Assembly: GCA_963761195.1 (NCBI GenBank)
Contig: CAVXGA010000014.1
Location: 69,058-133,057 of the forward strand
Direction of reading: 5' to 3'
Length of the DNA stretch: 64,000 nucleotides
From: an uncultured Bacteroidales bacterium
Lineage (GTDB): Bacteria > Bacteroidota > Bacteroidia > Bacteroidales > JAADJA01
In this document: positions 47,830-58,056 of the stretch, in pieces
Position numbering within the stretch: the stretch's first letter is position 1
How the letters are laid out: each line of letters starts with the position of its first letter
Notes under the pieces: model-generated
Told to the model about the DNA's origin: nothing
Database searches by the model: none
Seen by the model: the letters and a program-made list of their open reading frames with translations, nothing else
Program-made: the position numbers and the translations under genes

Positions 47830-50085
47830 ATGTTCATTCCAGATCAGGAACAAGAAAAAAAGGAGATAATAGATAGATACCGGAGTTTGCTCAGGGCATG
47901 GAGACCTGTAAATTCAGAAGAAAAGAAACTGGTAAGAAAAGCATTCGACATCGCTGTTGAGGCACATAAAAACATGCGCCGTAAATCTGGTGAACCTTAT
48001 ATATATCATCCGCTTGAAGTTGCAAGGATCGTTGTTGAAGAAATCGGTTTAGGGAAAACTTCTATAATCTGTGCACTGCTGCACGATGTGGTTGAAGATA
48101 CGGAATATACGCTGGCCAATATCGAATTTCATTTTGGCAGTAAGGTGGCCAGGATTATTGATGGGCTAACAAAAATTAAGGACATTTTTGACACGAAATC
48201 CACTTCTGTTCAGGCTGAGAATTTCAAAAAAATGCTTCTCACCCTTTCGGATGATGTAAGGGTAATTTTAATAAAACTCGCCGACAGGTTGCACAACATG
48301 AGGACACTTGGTGCTCTTCCTCATAACAAGCAAATAAAAATTGCATCTGAAACGACCTATTTGTATGCCCCCCTGGCACAAAGGTTCGGGTTATATGCTA
48401 TTAAAACTGAACTTGAAGATCTCTCACTTAAATATACCGAACCTGAAATTTATACAACAATTGCTGCTAAGTTAGCGGAATCAGAACAGGAAAGAAAAAG
48501 GGTTACCAATAAATTTATTTACCCGATTAAAAAATCCCTGAGTCAGCAGCAGTTTAATTATGAAATTATTTCGCGCGACAAATCCATTGCTTCGATTTGG
48601 AATAAAATGAAACACAAGGAAATTCCGATTGAAGAAGTTTACGATTTAACGGCCATCCGAATTATCATTGATACCCCGAAAGAATCAGAAAAAGTGGACT
48701 GCTGGAAAGTATATTCCATTATAACGGATCATTATCGCCCGAATATAGAGCGGCTTCGTGACTGGATTTCCATTCCGAAAGCAAATGGGTACGAAGCTCT
48801 TCATACAACGGTTATGAGTAGCGAAGGTCATTGGGTAGAAGTGCAAATCCGCACGAAACGGATGGATGAAATTGCAGAACGCGGATATGCCGCACACTGG
48901 CGGTACAAGTCTATTTCACCGGGATTATCGGAAAAAAATATCAATAACTGGCTCGAACGTATCCGGGATATGCTTCAAAGCAGCGATTCAAGTGCCCTTG
49001 ACTTTTTGGATGATTTTCAGGGATTTTTATTTAGTGATGAAATTTATGTATTTACACCCACCGGCGAGTTACGCAATCTTCCTGTTGGATCAACCGTGCT
49101 TGATTTTGCTTATGCCATTCACACCGAAATCGGGAACACGTGTATTGGAGCGAAAGTGAATCATAAATTAACTCCATTGAACCAAAAATTAAAAAGCGGC
49201 GACCAGGTGGAAATCATTACTTCAAAAAAGCAAACACCTGTAGATGAATGGTCAGATTTTGTTGTTACGGCAAGAGCAAAAACCAGAATTAAAGTTGCAA
49301 TAAAAGATGAAAAAAAGAAATTTACAGAAAAAGGTAAGGAAAAACTGCTTAAATATTTTGACCAGCTTGGCATTGAGTTTACAGGTAACAATTTTAAAAA
49401 ACTTCAACAGAAATATAATTATGCAAGTCCGATTGATCTTTACTATGATATCGCCAAAGATGCTATCGGATTAAAGGAACTAAAAGAATGCTGCGGAGAA
49501 AATACAAAAGGAAACTGGTTCAGTAAAATCATCATCCGCCCGTTTTCAAAAGCAAAACCCGTGGAACATAAAACGCTTACCGAAACAGTAATCGATGAAA
49601 TAAAAGATCGGTCGGGAGAAATAAAAACAGATAAAGATTTTCAAAAAATCAGTTACGATATTTCGAGTTGTTGTAATCCCATTCCGGGTGACGAAATTGT
49701 GGGATTCATCGAACCGGATGAAGCTATAAAAATACATCGGTTAAATTGCCTTGTTGCCCGCAGTCAAATGTCAAAATATGGCAACAGAATTATAAAAACA
49801 ATTTGGAATGATAAAGAATCTATAGGGTTTTTGACTGGAATAAAAATCAATGGAATCGACCGAAAAGGTTTTATCAAGGATGTTATTAAAATTGTAACCG
49901 AAAACCTGAATCTTAATATAAAATCATTTCATCTCGAAACGGAAGGCGGGATCTTTAATGCAACAATTATGCTATATGTATACAGCACCGATAACCTGAA
50001 CAATCTTCTCAAGCATTTAAAAAATATTCCGGATATAAAAAAAGTTGAAAGGGTCATTAATTTTACTGAATCTCCTGTTAACTAA
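47830..50085 (+). CDS. bifunctional RelA/SpoT-family (p)ppGpp synthetase/hydrolase
   Basis: 751 aa. HD domain (HPLEVA...LLHDVVEDT), RelA_SpoT synthetase region (YRPNIERLRDWISIPKANGYEALHTTV), then TGS-like and C-terminal ACT-like regions. Confidence 0.9.
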   Translation: MFIPDQEQEKKEIIDRYRSLLRAWRPVNSEEKKLVRKAFDIAVEAHKNMRRKSGEPYIYHPLEVARIVVEEIGLGKTSIICALLHDVVEDTEYTLANIEFHFGSKVARIIDGLTKIKDIFDTKSTSVQAENFKKMLLTLSDDVRVILIKLADRLHNMRTLGALPHNKQIKIASETTYLYAPLAQRFGLYAIKTELEDLSLKYTEPEIYTTIAAKLAESEQERKRVTNKFIYPIKKSLSQQQFNYEIISRDKSIASIWNKMKHKEIPIEEVYDLTAIRIIIDTPKESEKVDCWKVYSIITDHYRPNIERLRDWISIPKANGYEALHTTVMSSEGHWVEVQIRTKRMDEIAERGYAAHWRYKSISPGLSEKNINNWLERIRDMLQSSDSSALDFLDDFQGFLFSDEIYVFTPTGELRNLPVGSTVLDFAYAIHTEIGNTCIGAKVNHKLTPLNQKLKSGDQVEIITSKKQTPVDEWSDFVVTARAKTRIKVAIKDEKKKFTEKGKEKLLKYFDQLGIEFTGNNFKKLQQKYNYASPIDLYYDIAKDAIGLKELKECCGENTKGNWFSKIIIRPFSKAKPVEHKTLTETVIDEIKDRSGEIKTDKDFQKISYDISSCCNPIPGDEIVGFIEPDEAIKIHRLNCLVARSQMSKYGNRIIKTIWNDKESIGFLTGIKINGIDRKGFIKDVIKIVTENLNLNIKSFHLETEGGIFNATIMLYVYSTDNLNNLLKHLKNIPDIKKVERVINFTESPVN

Positions 50086-50310
50086 TGTGTTGTTTGCAAA
50101 TTCTCAGATTTTAAAGTTCATTTCGATGATTAAGCCCGACAGTCAGATAAATTATTTTTATTCATACCAAATAACAATTAAAAAATATTCATAATTTTAG
50201 CCGTCCTATTTTTTAAGTAATATACAATTTAATGCCACGGGAGGCAAAAACAAATGAATTTGGTTTTTGTTATATAATTGAAGTGCAGGAAAAGTGAAAT
50301 ATTCCAATAA

Positions 50311-50769
50311 ATGAAAAGTTCGAATAAGGATACATTTGAAACGGTAAAAAAGTTATTTACTGATTATCTTGAAGGTCGGGGTCACCGGAAAACCCCGGAA
50401 AGATATACAATTTTGAAGGAAATTTATTCAACAGATGGACATTTTGATATTGAAACCCTGTATGTCCGTATGAAGAATAATAAGTACAGGGTTAGCCGGG
50501 CTACTCTTTATAATACCATTGAACTGTTACTCGATTGCAACCTCGTTACCAAACATCAGTTTGGCAGTAACTGTGCCCAGTTCGAAAAATCCTTCCGCTT
50601 TAAACAACACGACCACTTTATCAATATTGATACAGGCGATGTTCTGGAATTTAGTGATGAACGTCTACAGCAAATAAAAGAAGCCGTTGAGAAAGAACTT
50701 GGTGTAGATATATCACATCATTCGCTTACCTTTTACGGATATTTAAAGGGCGACGCAGTTAAAAAATAA
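50311..50769 (+). CDS. Fur-family transcriptional regulator
   Basis: 152 aa with a winged-helix N-terminus ([14 protein letters not shown]...HFDIETLY...[13 protein letters not shown]) and an HDH motif. No CxxC zinc motifs are visible. It lies just upstream of purA, as I recall is common in Bacteroidota. Confidence 0.7.
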   Translation: MKSSNKDTFETVKKLFTDYLEGRGHRKTPERYTILKEIYSTDGHFDIETLYVRMKNNKYRVSRATLYNTIELLLDCNLVTKHQFGSNCAQFEKSFRFKQHDHFINIDTGDVLEFSDERLQQIKEAVEKELGVDISHHSLTFYGYLKGDAVKK

Positions 50770-50784
50770 ATTATTACCAATTTA

Positions 50785-52077
50785 ATGAAAGTTGATGTTT
50801 TATTAGGTCTTCAATGGGGAGATGAAGGCAAAGGGAAGGTTGTTGACGTCTTAACTCCGCATTATAATATCGTTGCCCGGTTCCAGGGCGGCCCTAATGC
50901 CGGGCATACCATTGAATTCAACAATAAAAAATTTATTCTTCATACCATTCCCTCCGGAATTTTTTATCCGGGAACGCTTAATATTATTGGGAACGGTGTT
51001 ATCATCGATCCTTATATTTTTATCAGGGAATTGGAAAACCTAAGGAATAATGGAATTACGATTACCGATAACCTGTTAATTTCAAAAAAATCACACCTTA
51101 TTCTTCCGACACACCGGCTGCTTGATGCTGTATATGAAACTTCAAAAGGATCGGCCAAAATAGGTTCCACACTTAAAGGGATCGGTCCTACATATACCGA
51201 TAAAACTGCACGCCTGGGATTGCGTGTGGGGAATATTGAACGAAGTGACTTTTTTTCCCTGTATAAAGATCTGAAGGAAAAACACAGGATGATAATCGCA
51301 TCTTATAATTTCGATTTCTCAGATAAAACAATTGAAGGACTGACCTTTGAAGAGTATGAAGAAAATTGGTTTGCCTCTGTCGAAAAAATGAAACCGATCC
51401 TCAAAATCGATAGTGAGTATTTTATCAATCAAAAGCTGAAGGATAATAATTCTCTTTTGGCAGAAGGTGCGCAGGGTACAATGCTCGACATCGATTTCGG
51501 AACTTACCCTTTTGTTACTTCATCAAATACTGTAACTGCAGGAGTTTGCACGGGTCTTGGAATTGCACCGCAAAAAGTAGGTGAGGTATTTGGAATTTTT
51601 AAGGCATATTGTACGCGCGTCGGAAGCGGACTTTTTCCTACTGAACAAGAAAATGAAGAAGGACTAAAGTTAAGGGAAGTAGGTAAAGAATTCGGTTCGA
51701 CAACAGGAAGGCCAAGGCGATGCGGATGGCTTGATCTTGCAGCTCTTAAATATGCCGTAATGCTGAATGGCGTTACTAAGCTGATCATGACGAAAGCCGA
51801 TGTTCTGAATCATTTCGAAACCATTAAGGTTGGAACTAAATATAATTTTAAGGGAAATTTAATCGATTACGTTCCTTTTGAATCTTCTTACGAAACCCTG
51901 GACCCTGTTTATGAAGAAATAAAAGGCTGGAATTCCGATTTAAGTGAGATAAAAAATGCTAATGAAATTCCCGAAAAGTTGAAAGATTATATCCTCTTTA
52001 TTGAAAAAGAGGTAAATGTCCCGATCGTAATGGTTTCTGTTGGACCTGATAGAAAGCAAATTATACAGCTTCAATAA
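50785..52077 (+). CDS. purA: adenylosuccinate synthase
   Basis: 430 aa. LGLQWGDEGKGK, GPNAGHT, TTGRPRRCGWLD. Confidence 0.95.
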   Translation: MKVDVLLGLQWGDEGKGKVVDVLTPHYNIVARFQGGPNAGHTIEFNNKKFILHTIPSGIFYPGTLNIIGNGVIIDPYIFIRELENLRNNGITITDNLLISKKSHLILPTHRLLDAVYETSKGSAKIGSTLKGIGPTYTDKTARLGLRVGNIERSDFFSLYKDLKEKHRMIIASYNFDFSDKTIEGLTFEEYEENWFASVEKMKPILKIDSEYFINQKLKDNNSLLAEGAQGTMLDIDFGTYPFVTSSNTVTAGVCTGLGIAPQKVGEVFGIFKAYCTRVGSGLFPTEQENEEGLKLREVGKEFGSTTGRPRRCGWLDLAALKYAVMLNGVTKLIMTKADVLNHFETIKVGTKYNFKGNLIDYVPFESSYETLDPVYEEIKGWNSDLSEIKNANEIPEKLKDYILFIEKEVNVPIVMVSVGPDRKQIIQLQ

Positions 52078-52251
52078 AATTATCTTAAATTGTCTCGTGT
52101 ATAAATAGTCAGAAATGACAAATCATAGTAGCTTGGTTTAGATGAAATTGTTTAAAACTTAAAGTCGAACCTTATTTTAGATTTTATGTATAAATGACAA
52201 GGTCACAATTTTAAATATTGTTTTACCCAATCGTGAAATATATTTCAACAA

Positions 52252-53556
52252 ATGAAACAATTAACATTTAGCTTAATATTCCTATTCTCCGTAAGTTTAT
52301 ATGCACAAATTCTACCAGACAGGGATGTTCCTGAAGTAGTGCAGAAAAATTTTTCGAAAAAATTTCCCCGTGCTGAAAATATCTCCTGGAATAAAGTAGA
52401 TACAAATTATAAGGTAGATTGCTATTTCAGAGGAAAATCTACTTATGCAGAATATACCGCCGTTGGCGACTGGGTTCAAACAGTAACTGAAGAAGATACG
52501 AAAGCGTTATATCCGCCTATCGAGAGGTATTTGGATGAAAATTATAAAGGTGACAAAATTGTACTTGCTGAATTTGCCACACGCGCTGATAAAAATGATT
52601 ATTACTATGTTCAGGTTGCTAAAAAAGAGAAAGGGGTCAAGGAACCCTTTATTTACGAGCTATTTTTTGATAAAACCGGAAATATAGAACAGGTAAAAAC
52701 ACCAGAAGGTATCAAGGAAATGACAGTTGTTGGAATCGATGATCCGAATACCGAGACTCCTTCTGCTGCTATTGATAGCTGGCAGAAAAGATTTCCACGG
52801 GCTGAAAATATTGTATGGACAAAAAAAAGCGCTGCAGATAATAGCGTAAATTATGTTGCCACTTTTAATTACCGCGGTCAGGATACAAAGGCTGAGTTCA
52901 TGGCCGATGGTACCTGGGTTGAAACCAGGGTAGAACTTTCTGAAAAAGATCTTTATGCTGCGGTAGCGAAATATCTTGCAGAAAATCATTCGGACGATGA
53001 TGTCCAAATCGCTGAAAAAGTAACCCGTGCTGATCGTAATGATTACTATTATGTCAAACTGGAGAGAAATGAAAAAGGTCAGACAAGACCTTACATTTTC
53101 GAATTGTATTTTGATAAATCGGGAAATATTCAGAAGGAAAACCGGCCAAGTGAATTGAAAAGCCAGTACTTACTCACAGTTGATATTCCCCAGAATGTTG
53201 CAAAAAAATTTAAGAGTCGCTTCTCCAATGCTGATGGTGTTAAATGGGAAACCCATGAGGGAAACTGGCTTGCTAATTTTACTTACCGTGATCTTCCTAC
53301 GTCAGCCGAATTTACTGATTCGGCAGAATGGGTAATGACAATCGTTAAAACCGATATTAAAAATCTGTATGCCCCCATTCAGCGATATCTTGATTCTGAA
53401 TACAAGGATTATAAGGTAATGTATGCCGAAAAAGCAACCCGTCAGGACCGTAATGACTATTATTATGTGGAACTGATCAGCAAAAAGAAAAATCTGGATC
53501 CTCAGCAGGTAGGCCTTTATTTTGACAAAACAGGCCATTTGAAAGAAAATAAATAA
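52252..53556 (+). CDS. secreted PepSY-like (DUF2874-type) protein with three tandem modules of about 140 aa
   Basis: Signal peptide, then three colinear repeats. Each has ...F(P/S)(R/N)A(E/D)...W..., ...AEF/AEY..., Y..(I/V)..YL, (A/T)R(A/Q)D(K/R)NDYYYV and (L/Y)(F/Y)FDK(T/S)G. Confidence 0.6.
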   Translation: MKQLTFSLIFLFSVSLYAQILPDRDVPEVVQKNFSKKFPRAENISWNKVDTNYKVDCYFRGKSTYAEYTAVGDWVQTVTEEDTKALYPPIERYLDENYKGDKIVLAEFATRADKNDYYYVQVAKKEKGVKEPFIYELFFDKTGNIEQVKTPEGIKEMTVVGIDDPNTETPSAAIDSWQKRFPRAENIVWTKKSAADNSVNYVATFNYRGQDTKAEFMADGTWVETRVELSEKDLYAAVAKYLAENHSDDDVQIAEKVTRADRNDYYYVKLERNEKGQTRPYIFELYFDKSGNIQKENRPSELKSQYLLTVDIPQNVAKKFKSRFSNADGVKWETHEGNWLANFTYRDLPTSAEFTDSAEWVMTIVKTDIKNLYAPIQRYLDSEYKDYKVMYAEKATRQDRNDYYYVELISKKKNLDPQQVGLYFDKTGHLKENK

Positions 53557-53559
53557 TTT

Positions 53560-53895
53560 TTAAAGCAATTCCTTTGCAGGATCCCAGAAATATTTTTTGA
53601 AATTTACTATTTTATCTTCTTTTACACTGATTCCCTCACTTTCGAGTAGTTGTTGCATAATGTTAGGACTTCCGAAATGATGCTTCCCTGTTAACAATCC
53701 TACGCGATTAACAACACGATGCGCAGGAATCGGCTGATGAGAAACATGTGAAGCATTCATGGCCCAGCCAACCATTCGTGCTGATCCCTTTGATCCCAGA
53801 TAATTGGCAATGGCACCATAGGATGTCACACGCCCTTTTGGTATCAAACTCGCGACTTCATAAACTTTTTGAAAAAATGAATCATTATCTTCCAT
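53560..53895 (-). CDS. MGMT-family DNA-binding protein lacking the acceptor Cys (alkyltransferase-like, ATL)
   Basis: 111 aa. IPKGRVTSYGAIA and PAHRVVN stand where O6-alkylguanine transferases have PCHRV. Confidence 0.7.
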   Translation of the reverse strand: MEDNDSFFQKVYEVASLIPKGRVTSYGAIANYLGSKGSARMVGWAMNASHVSHQPIPAHRVVNRVGLLTGKHHFGSPNIMQQLLESEGISVKEDKIVNFKKYFWDPAKELL

Positions 53896-53921
53896 TTCTA
53901 ATGAATTTGGTATCTACTATT

Positions 53922-54593
53922 TTAACGTTGTTTCAAACAAAATTCAAGATATTTTACATGGATGCCTTTGCCCAGAAATTTTTGTTCATAGAAAGTGAGA
54001 ATTTCTGCAGCCTCATGACTATTTTCCAATGTATAAAGATCATTCGTTTTCAATAACAGTCTGTGATTATTATCCCGGATTACATCCAATGTAAAATGAT
54101 ATAGAAAGTGATTGTCAGTCTTCAAATGGATTATGCCTTCCGGTATTAAAACTCTTTTATAAACATCCAGAAACCAGGGTGAGGTCAACCGTTTGTTTTC
54201 TTTTTTCGGTTTGGGGTGTGGATCCGGAAAGGGAATCCATATTTCGCTGACTTCATCCGGGGCAAAGCAAAAAAATAAAAACTCAGCAGGAGCTCTTAAA
54301 AAACAGACATTGTCAATATTTTCCTCATGGGTTGTTTTAGCACCCCTCCAAATCCGGGCTCCTTTCCGGTCTATCCCCACAAAATTCTTTTCCGGATATT
54401 TTTTAGCAAGACCGACTGCAAACTCTCCTTTTCCGCAACCTATTTCTAAAACAATCGGATTATCATTTTTAAAAAATTCTTTTCCCCACTGTCCCCTGAG
54501 GTAAAAATTTTTCTGAACATCCTCAACTTCGGGCTGTAAAAAATTAGGAAAAGTTTTCGCTTCTTCAAACCGCCTTAACTTAGTTTTTACCAC
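53922..54593 (-). CDS. trmB: tRNA (guanine46-N7)-methyltransferase
   Basis: 223 aa. LEIGCGKGEF SAM motif, FPDPHPKPK. Confidence 0.85.
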   Translation of the reverse strand: MVKTKLRRFEEAKTFPNFLQPEVEDVQKNFYLRGQWGKEFFKNDNPIVLEIGCGKGEFAVGLAKKYPEKNFVGIDRKGARIWRGAKTTHEENIDNVCFLRAPAEFLFFCFAPDEVSEIWIPFPDPHPKPKKENKRLTSPWFLDVYKRVLIPEGIIHLKTDNHFLYHFTLDVIRDNNHRLLLKTNDLYTLENSHEAAEILTFYEQKFLGKGIHVKYLEFCLKQR

Positions 54594-54695
54594 AACAAAT
54601 AATTTTCAAGCCATCCTGCAAAATTAAAGTTTTTACAACGGAACATGCCCGGTAAAATTCCGCAGTTATTATTTACGACGCACGATTTTGGGAGA

Positions 54696-55697
54696 TTATT
54701 TCTTTAAAAGCCACGCAGACGGATTATCATCCCTGCGTATTATAGACAGATTAGCCATTGCTTCCGATTTGTCTTCCGAACTGAAATAACATACCATGAG
54801 AAGCCCGGCAGCATTTTCACCTGCAAATTTTGCGGGGTAGCCTTTGTTAAGAAGAGAATGTAAAAGTTTATCTGCATTTTCAGGATTCTGAAATGCACCT
54901 CCGATAATATAGTACTGGTAAGGGTCAAATTTTGATTTATTACTGGTATTTTCACTTAACTCCGGAATATCCTTTTTGCTCTGACTTCCATTCACATCAA
55001 ATTTAAAATCTTTCAATGAAGAGGTTTTTGAAAGATCGTCCTGGGTTTTATCATCTGAATGGACCGCATTTTCCAAGGATTTATTTTCAACCGGAAAAAT
55101 AGATGACTCTTGTGTTTTGCTATTGCTTAAATCATACCTAAAAATAATCCACACTACAATCAGAATAACGGGAACAATAATAGCTAAGGTTGTAAGGACT
55201 TTCTGCCTTTTAACTCCTTTTTCGGGAACCGGTTTCCGGTCCATAAATTTTCTTTCGAGCCTTTTATGAATGGGCTCTCTAACGATTGGCGGTGAAATAA
55301 ACACCGGCAACCCGAACGATTCTTCGCGGTAATTTACCCAGGGCTCGGGGTCAAATAACAGGGTACCCTCCTTATCTTTTTGGAAGTAGCCTATTTTATC
55401 GAAAATTATCTTGTCACCCTGTCTTAACTGCGCCTTGCAGTCAGTTACAAAAATCTCTACCTGGTCCGCAGCTTCCTCGTAGGATATCTTTTCACGGAAA
55501 GAAATGTAGTGAATTAACAAACCATCATTGCGGTCGAGTTTTGTATTGAATAAAATACTTTTTGAAGGAGGATAAAAGGTATGGCTTATCGGATGGATTT
55601 TTGCAGGAGCATAATCGGTCACAAAGCCACCAAATCCAGGAACAACAACGCATTCGTGCTTGTAAAGAAGTTCACTGATGTAATTTACAACTTCCAT
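54696..55697 (-). CDS. HU-CCDC81-like N-terminal domain / TM / C-terminal SPOR domain protein
   Basis: LLYKHECVVVPGFGGFV at the N-terminus, a central TM helix (LTTLAIIVPVILIVVWIIF), and a C-terminal SPOR-like YYIIGGAFQNPENADKLLHSLLNKGY. Confidence 0.7.
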   Translation of the reverse strand: MEVVNYISELLYKHECVVVPGFGGFVTDYAPAKIHPISHTFYPPSKSILFNTKLDRNDGLLIHYISFREKISYEEAADQVEIFVTDCKAQLRQGDKIIFDKIGYFQKDKEGTLLFDPEPWVNYREESFGLPVFISPPIVREPIHKRLERKFMDRKPVPEKGVKRQKVLTTLAIIVPVILIVVWIIFRYDLSNSKTQESSIFPVENKSLENAVHSDDKTQDDLSKTSSLKDFKFDVNGSQSKKDIPELSENTSNKSKFDPYQYYIIGGAFQNPENADKLLHSLLNKGYPAKFAGENAAGLLMVCYFSSEDKSEAMANLSIIRRDDNPSAWLLKK

Positions 55698-55744
55698 TTA
55701 TTCCGGTTAAAACTGCGCTAAAGTATGATATTATTGCCAGAGAA

Positions 55745-56503
55745 TCAAGGCTTATTTAAAATTTTTAACAAATCATCCGGTGTATCTACTGAAAAACTTT
55801 CGATGAATGTTTCTTTAACAAAAATTTCAAATCCGTTTTCAAGCCATCTCAATTGTTCAAGCGATTCATTTTTTTCAAGGTTTGAAATAGGTAAACGGGT
55901 GATCAATTTCAGTCTGTCGGGCCGATAGGCATAAATGCCGACATGCTTGTAAAAGGGCTGAACATGAATCCAGTTGTGTAACTCAACACCACGGATATAA
56001 GGTAAAGTCTGCCTGCTGAAATAAATAGCCCAACCTTTCGAATTGGTGATTACCTTCACCACATTCGGATTGAAAAGTTCTTCCTGTGATAGGATTTTAG
56101 TTTTAAGTGTTGCGATTCCGACATTTTTATCCGAAAAACAGGATGAAACCAGGTCGATCTGATTCGGCTCGATAAATGGCTCATCACCCTGGATATTCAC
56201 AACGACATCAAAAATTTTACCTCTTTGTTCAAGTTTTTCGATGACCTCCAGACATCGTTCACTTCCGCTGCTATGATTCTCTGATGTCATCATTACTTTT
56301 CCGCCAAAACCGGTAACAGTTCTTTCGATCGAATCATTGTCAGTAGCAACGATTACCTCTGAAAGGGCTTCTGATTTGGATGCATTTTCATAAACCCACT
56401 GTATCATCGGCTTGCCCTGAATAGCTGCCAGTGGCTTGCCAGGAAACCTTGAAGAGGCATACCGGGCTGGAATGATTCCGATAACCTTTCGTTTATCCGG
56501 CAT
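55745..56503 (-). CDS. kdsB: 3-deoxy-manno-octulosonate cytidylyltransferase
   Basis: 252 aa. IIPARYASSRFPGKPL, NIQGDEP. Confidence 0.9.
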   Translation of the reverse strand: MPDKRKVIGIIPARYASSRFPGKPLAAIQGKPMIQWVYENASKSEALSEVIVATDNDSIERTVTGFGGKVMMTSENHSSGSERCLEVIEKLEQRGKIFDVVVNIQGDEPFIEPNQIDLVSSCFSDKNVGIATLKTKILSQEELFNPNVVKVITNSKGWAIYFSRQTLPYIRGVELHNWIHVQPFYKHVGIYAYRPDRLKLITRLPISNLEKNESLEQLRWLENGFEIFVKETFIESFSVDTPDDLLKILNKP

Positions 56504-57395
56504 CGACTTTCACGTTTTGAGTATAGGTATCAACGACCTCCCTGCCTGACTTCAAATCTTTGACTCGAAGGGAAAACCTGAGTACCTTTTTGCCGGTTTT
56601 ATGAAAAGTTCCTTCCCAGCTTACCTTTGGGTTTAGTACTTTCTCATTAAACAAGGTTTTGGCAAGTTGACCTGCTTCGATCCTGTCGATACGCAAAATA
56701 GTTTCAGTTCCCGGAGGAGCTGCCACAAGAATCACGGTTCTGTAAATACCTGATAAAAGAACAGTGGTGTCTTCGGCATAAACACCGATAATTCCGGAAC
56801 CGGAAAGTTTCATCAAATTTCCATCCTCGTCGTATTTTCTGAAATGCTTTAAATTTCCTGCTGAATCATAAAATTCATAAGTAATCAAATTTCCGTTTGC
56901 ATATCGAAATTCCCATTCCCCAACTTTCTGGTTATTCTTCCTGAACCCTTCAAAACTGCATATCCCATTGCTGTATACTGCTTTATGGATACCCTGCAAA
57001 ATTCCGTTTTTATAATTTTCAATATGTGTTAGTCCGGTAGCTTCTTCATAGAATTTCCGTTTCCCATCTACGGTATCGTTCACATAGGAAGCCGAATCCA
57101 TGATCTTTCCATCGGGATAATAAGATACGTAGGTGTAATTTTTTTGTGATTTATCGAGATATGTTTTAATAAACTGGACATGGTCCTTATCATACATTTT
57201 TGTTATTACCCGATTTCCTTTTTGGTCGAACGACTCATCAGGGTCTGTTCCTGAACTGCAGGCATAGCTGAAAGTCAACAGTATCAAAAAGTAATGGACA
57301 ACCGAAAGCCTGAATACCAAAAAGGAACTACTATTTAAAAAACGATCAGGTGGTAAATCTTTATGGTCAAAGGAATTCATAAACAGGTTATTCAA
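56493..57395 (-). CDS. MORN-variant repeat (YwqK-like) lipoprotein
   Basis: LLTFSYAC lipobox. Repeats of the type Y(Y/K)(P/N)(D/G)GK...G....(F/Y). Its 3' end overlaps the kdsB start by 11 nt. The start codon is uncertain. Confidence 0.5.
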   Translation of the reverse strand: MNNLFMNSFDHKDLPPDRFLNSSSFLVFRLSVVHYFLILLTFSYACSSGTDPDESFDQKGNRVITKMYDKDHVQFIKTYLDKSQKNYTYVSYYPDGKIMDSASYVNDTVDGKRKFYEEATGLTHIENYKNGILQGIHKAVYSNGICSFEGFRKNNQKVGEWEFRYANGNLITYEFYDSAGNLKHFRKYDEDGNLMKLSGSGIIGVYAEDTTVLLSGIYRTVILVAAPPGTETILRIDRIEAGQLAKTLFNEKVLNPKVSWEGTFHKTGKKVLRFSLRVKDLKSGREVVDTYTQNVKVDAG

Positions 57396-57406
57396 ATGAC
57401 AGGCAA

Positions 57407-58021
57407 TTAGAAAAGACCGTGTATTTGAGCATTTACTTTCTCTATAATCATGGCGAGGTCCTCCGGATTTTCCTGAATGTTGATATTATCTACCTCAAAA
57501 ATGAGCAATTTGCCAAGATTATAATTTTGAATCCAGTTCTCATATCTTTCATTCAGTTTTTTAAGATAGTCGAGACGAATAGCTTCTTCGTATTCTCTTC
57601 CCCTTTTCTGAATTTGTTTTACAAGAGTTGGGACAGAAGCCCGCAGATAAATCAATAAATCCGGAGACTGAATAAAGGAACTCATGAGTTCGAACAACGA
57701 AAAATAATTTTCGAAATCACGGGTGGTCATCAGATTCATATAATGAAGATTGGGAGCAAAGATGTAAGCATCTTCATAAATTGTCCTGTCCTGAACAACA
57801 GTTTTACCGCTATTTCTGATTTCCACTATTTGGCGAAACCGGCTGTTTAAAAAATAAATCTGAAGGTTGAAAGACCACCGCTGCATATCTTCATAAAAAC
57901 TATTCAAATAGGGATTTGTATCCACATCCTCATAATGAGGTTCCCAGCCAAAACTCTTGGATAATAAACCTGTCAGAGTCGTTTTCCCGGATCCGATATT
58001 TCCTGCAATTGCAATGTGCAT
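57407..58021 (-). CDS. deoxynucleoside kinase
   Basis: 204 aa. P-loop IAGNIGSGKTTL and the DR(T/S)IYED motif. Confidence 0.85.
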   Translation of the reverse strand: MHIAIAGNIGSGKTTLTGLLSKSFGWEPHYEDVDTNPYLNSFYEDMQRWSFNLQIYFLNSRFRQIVEIRNSGKTVVQDRTIYEDAYIFAPNLHYMNLMTTRDFENYFSLFELMSSFIQSPDLLIYLRASVPTLVKQIQKRGREYEEAIRLDYLKKLNERYENWIQNYNLGKLLIFEVDNINIQENPEDLAMIIEKVNAQIHGLF

Positions 58022-58056
58022 AATTGATTTTTTTTGAACGATAAAAATAGTATAAT

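Noticed and set aside
50245-50269. Hairpin (caaaaacaaa / tttggtttttg) upstream of fur, considered as a small-RNA terminator.
   Set aside because: The stem is almost pure A:T with a bulge, and no convincing upstream promoter is present (only TAATTTTA). The evidence is too weak to call an ncRNA.
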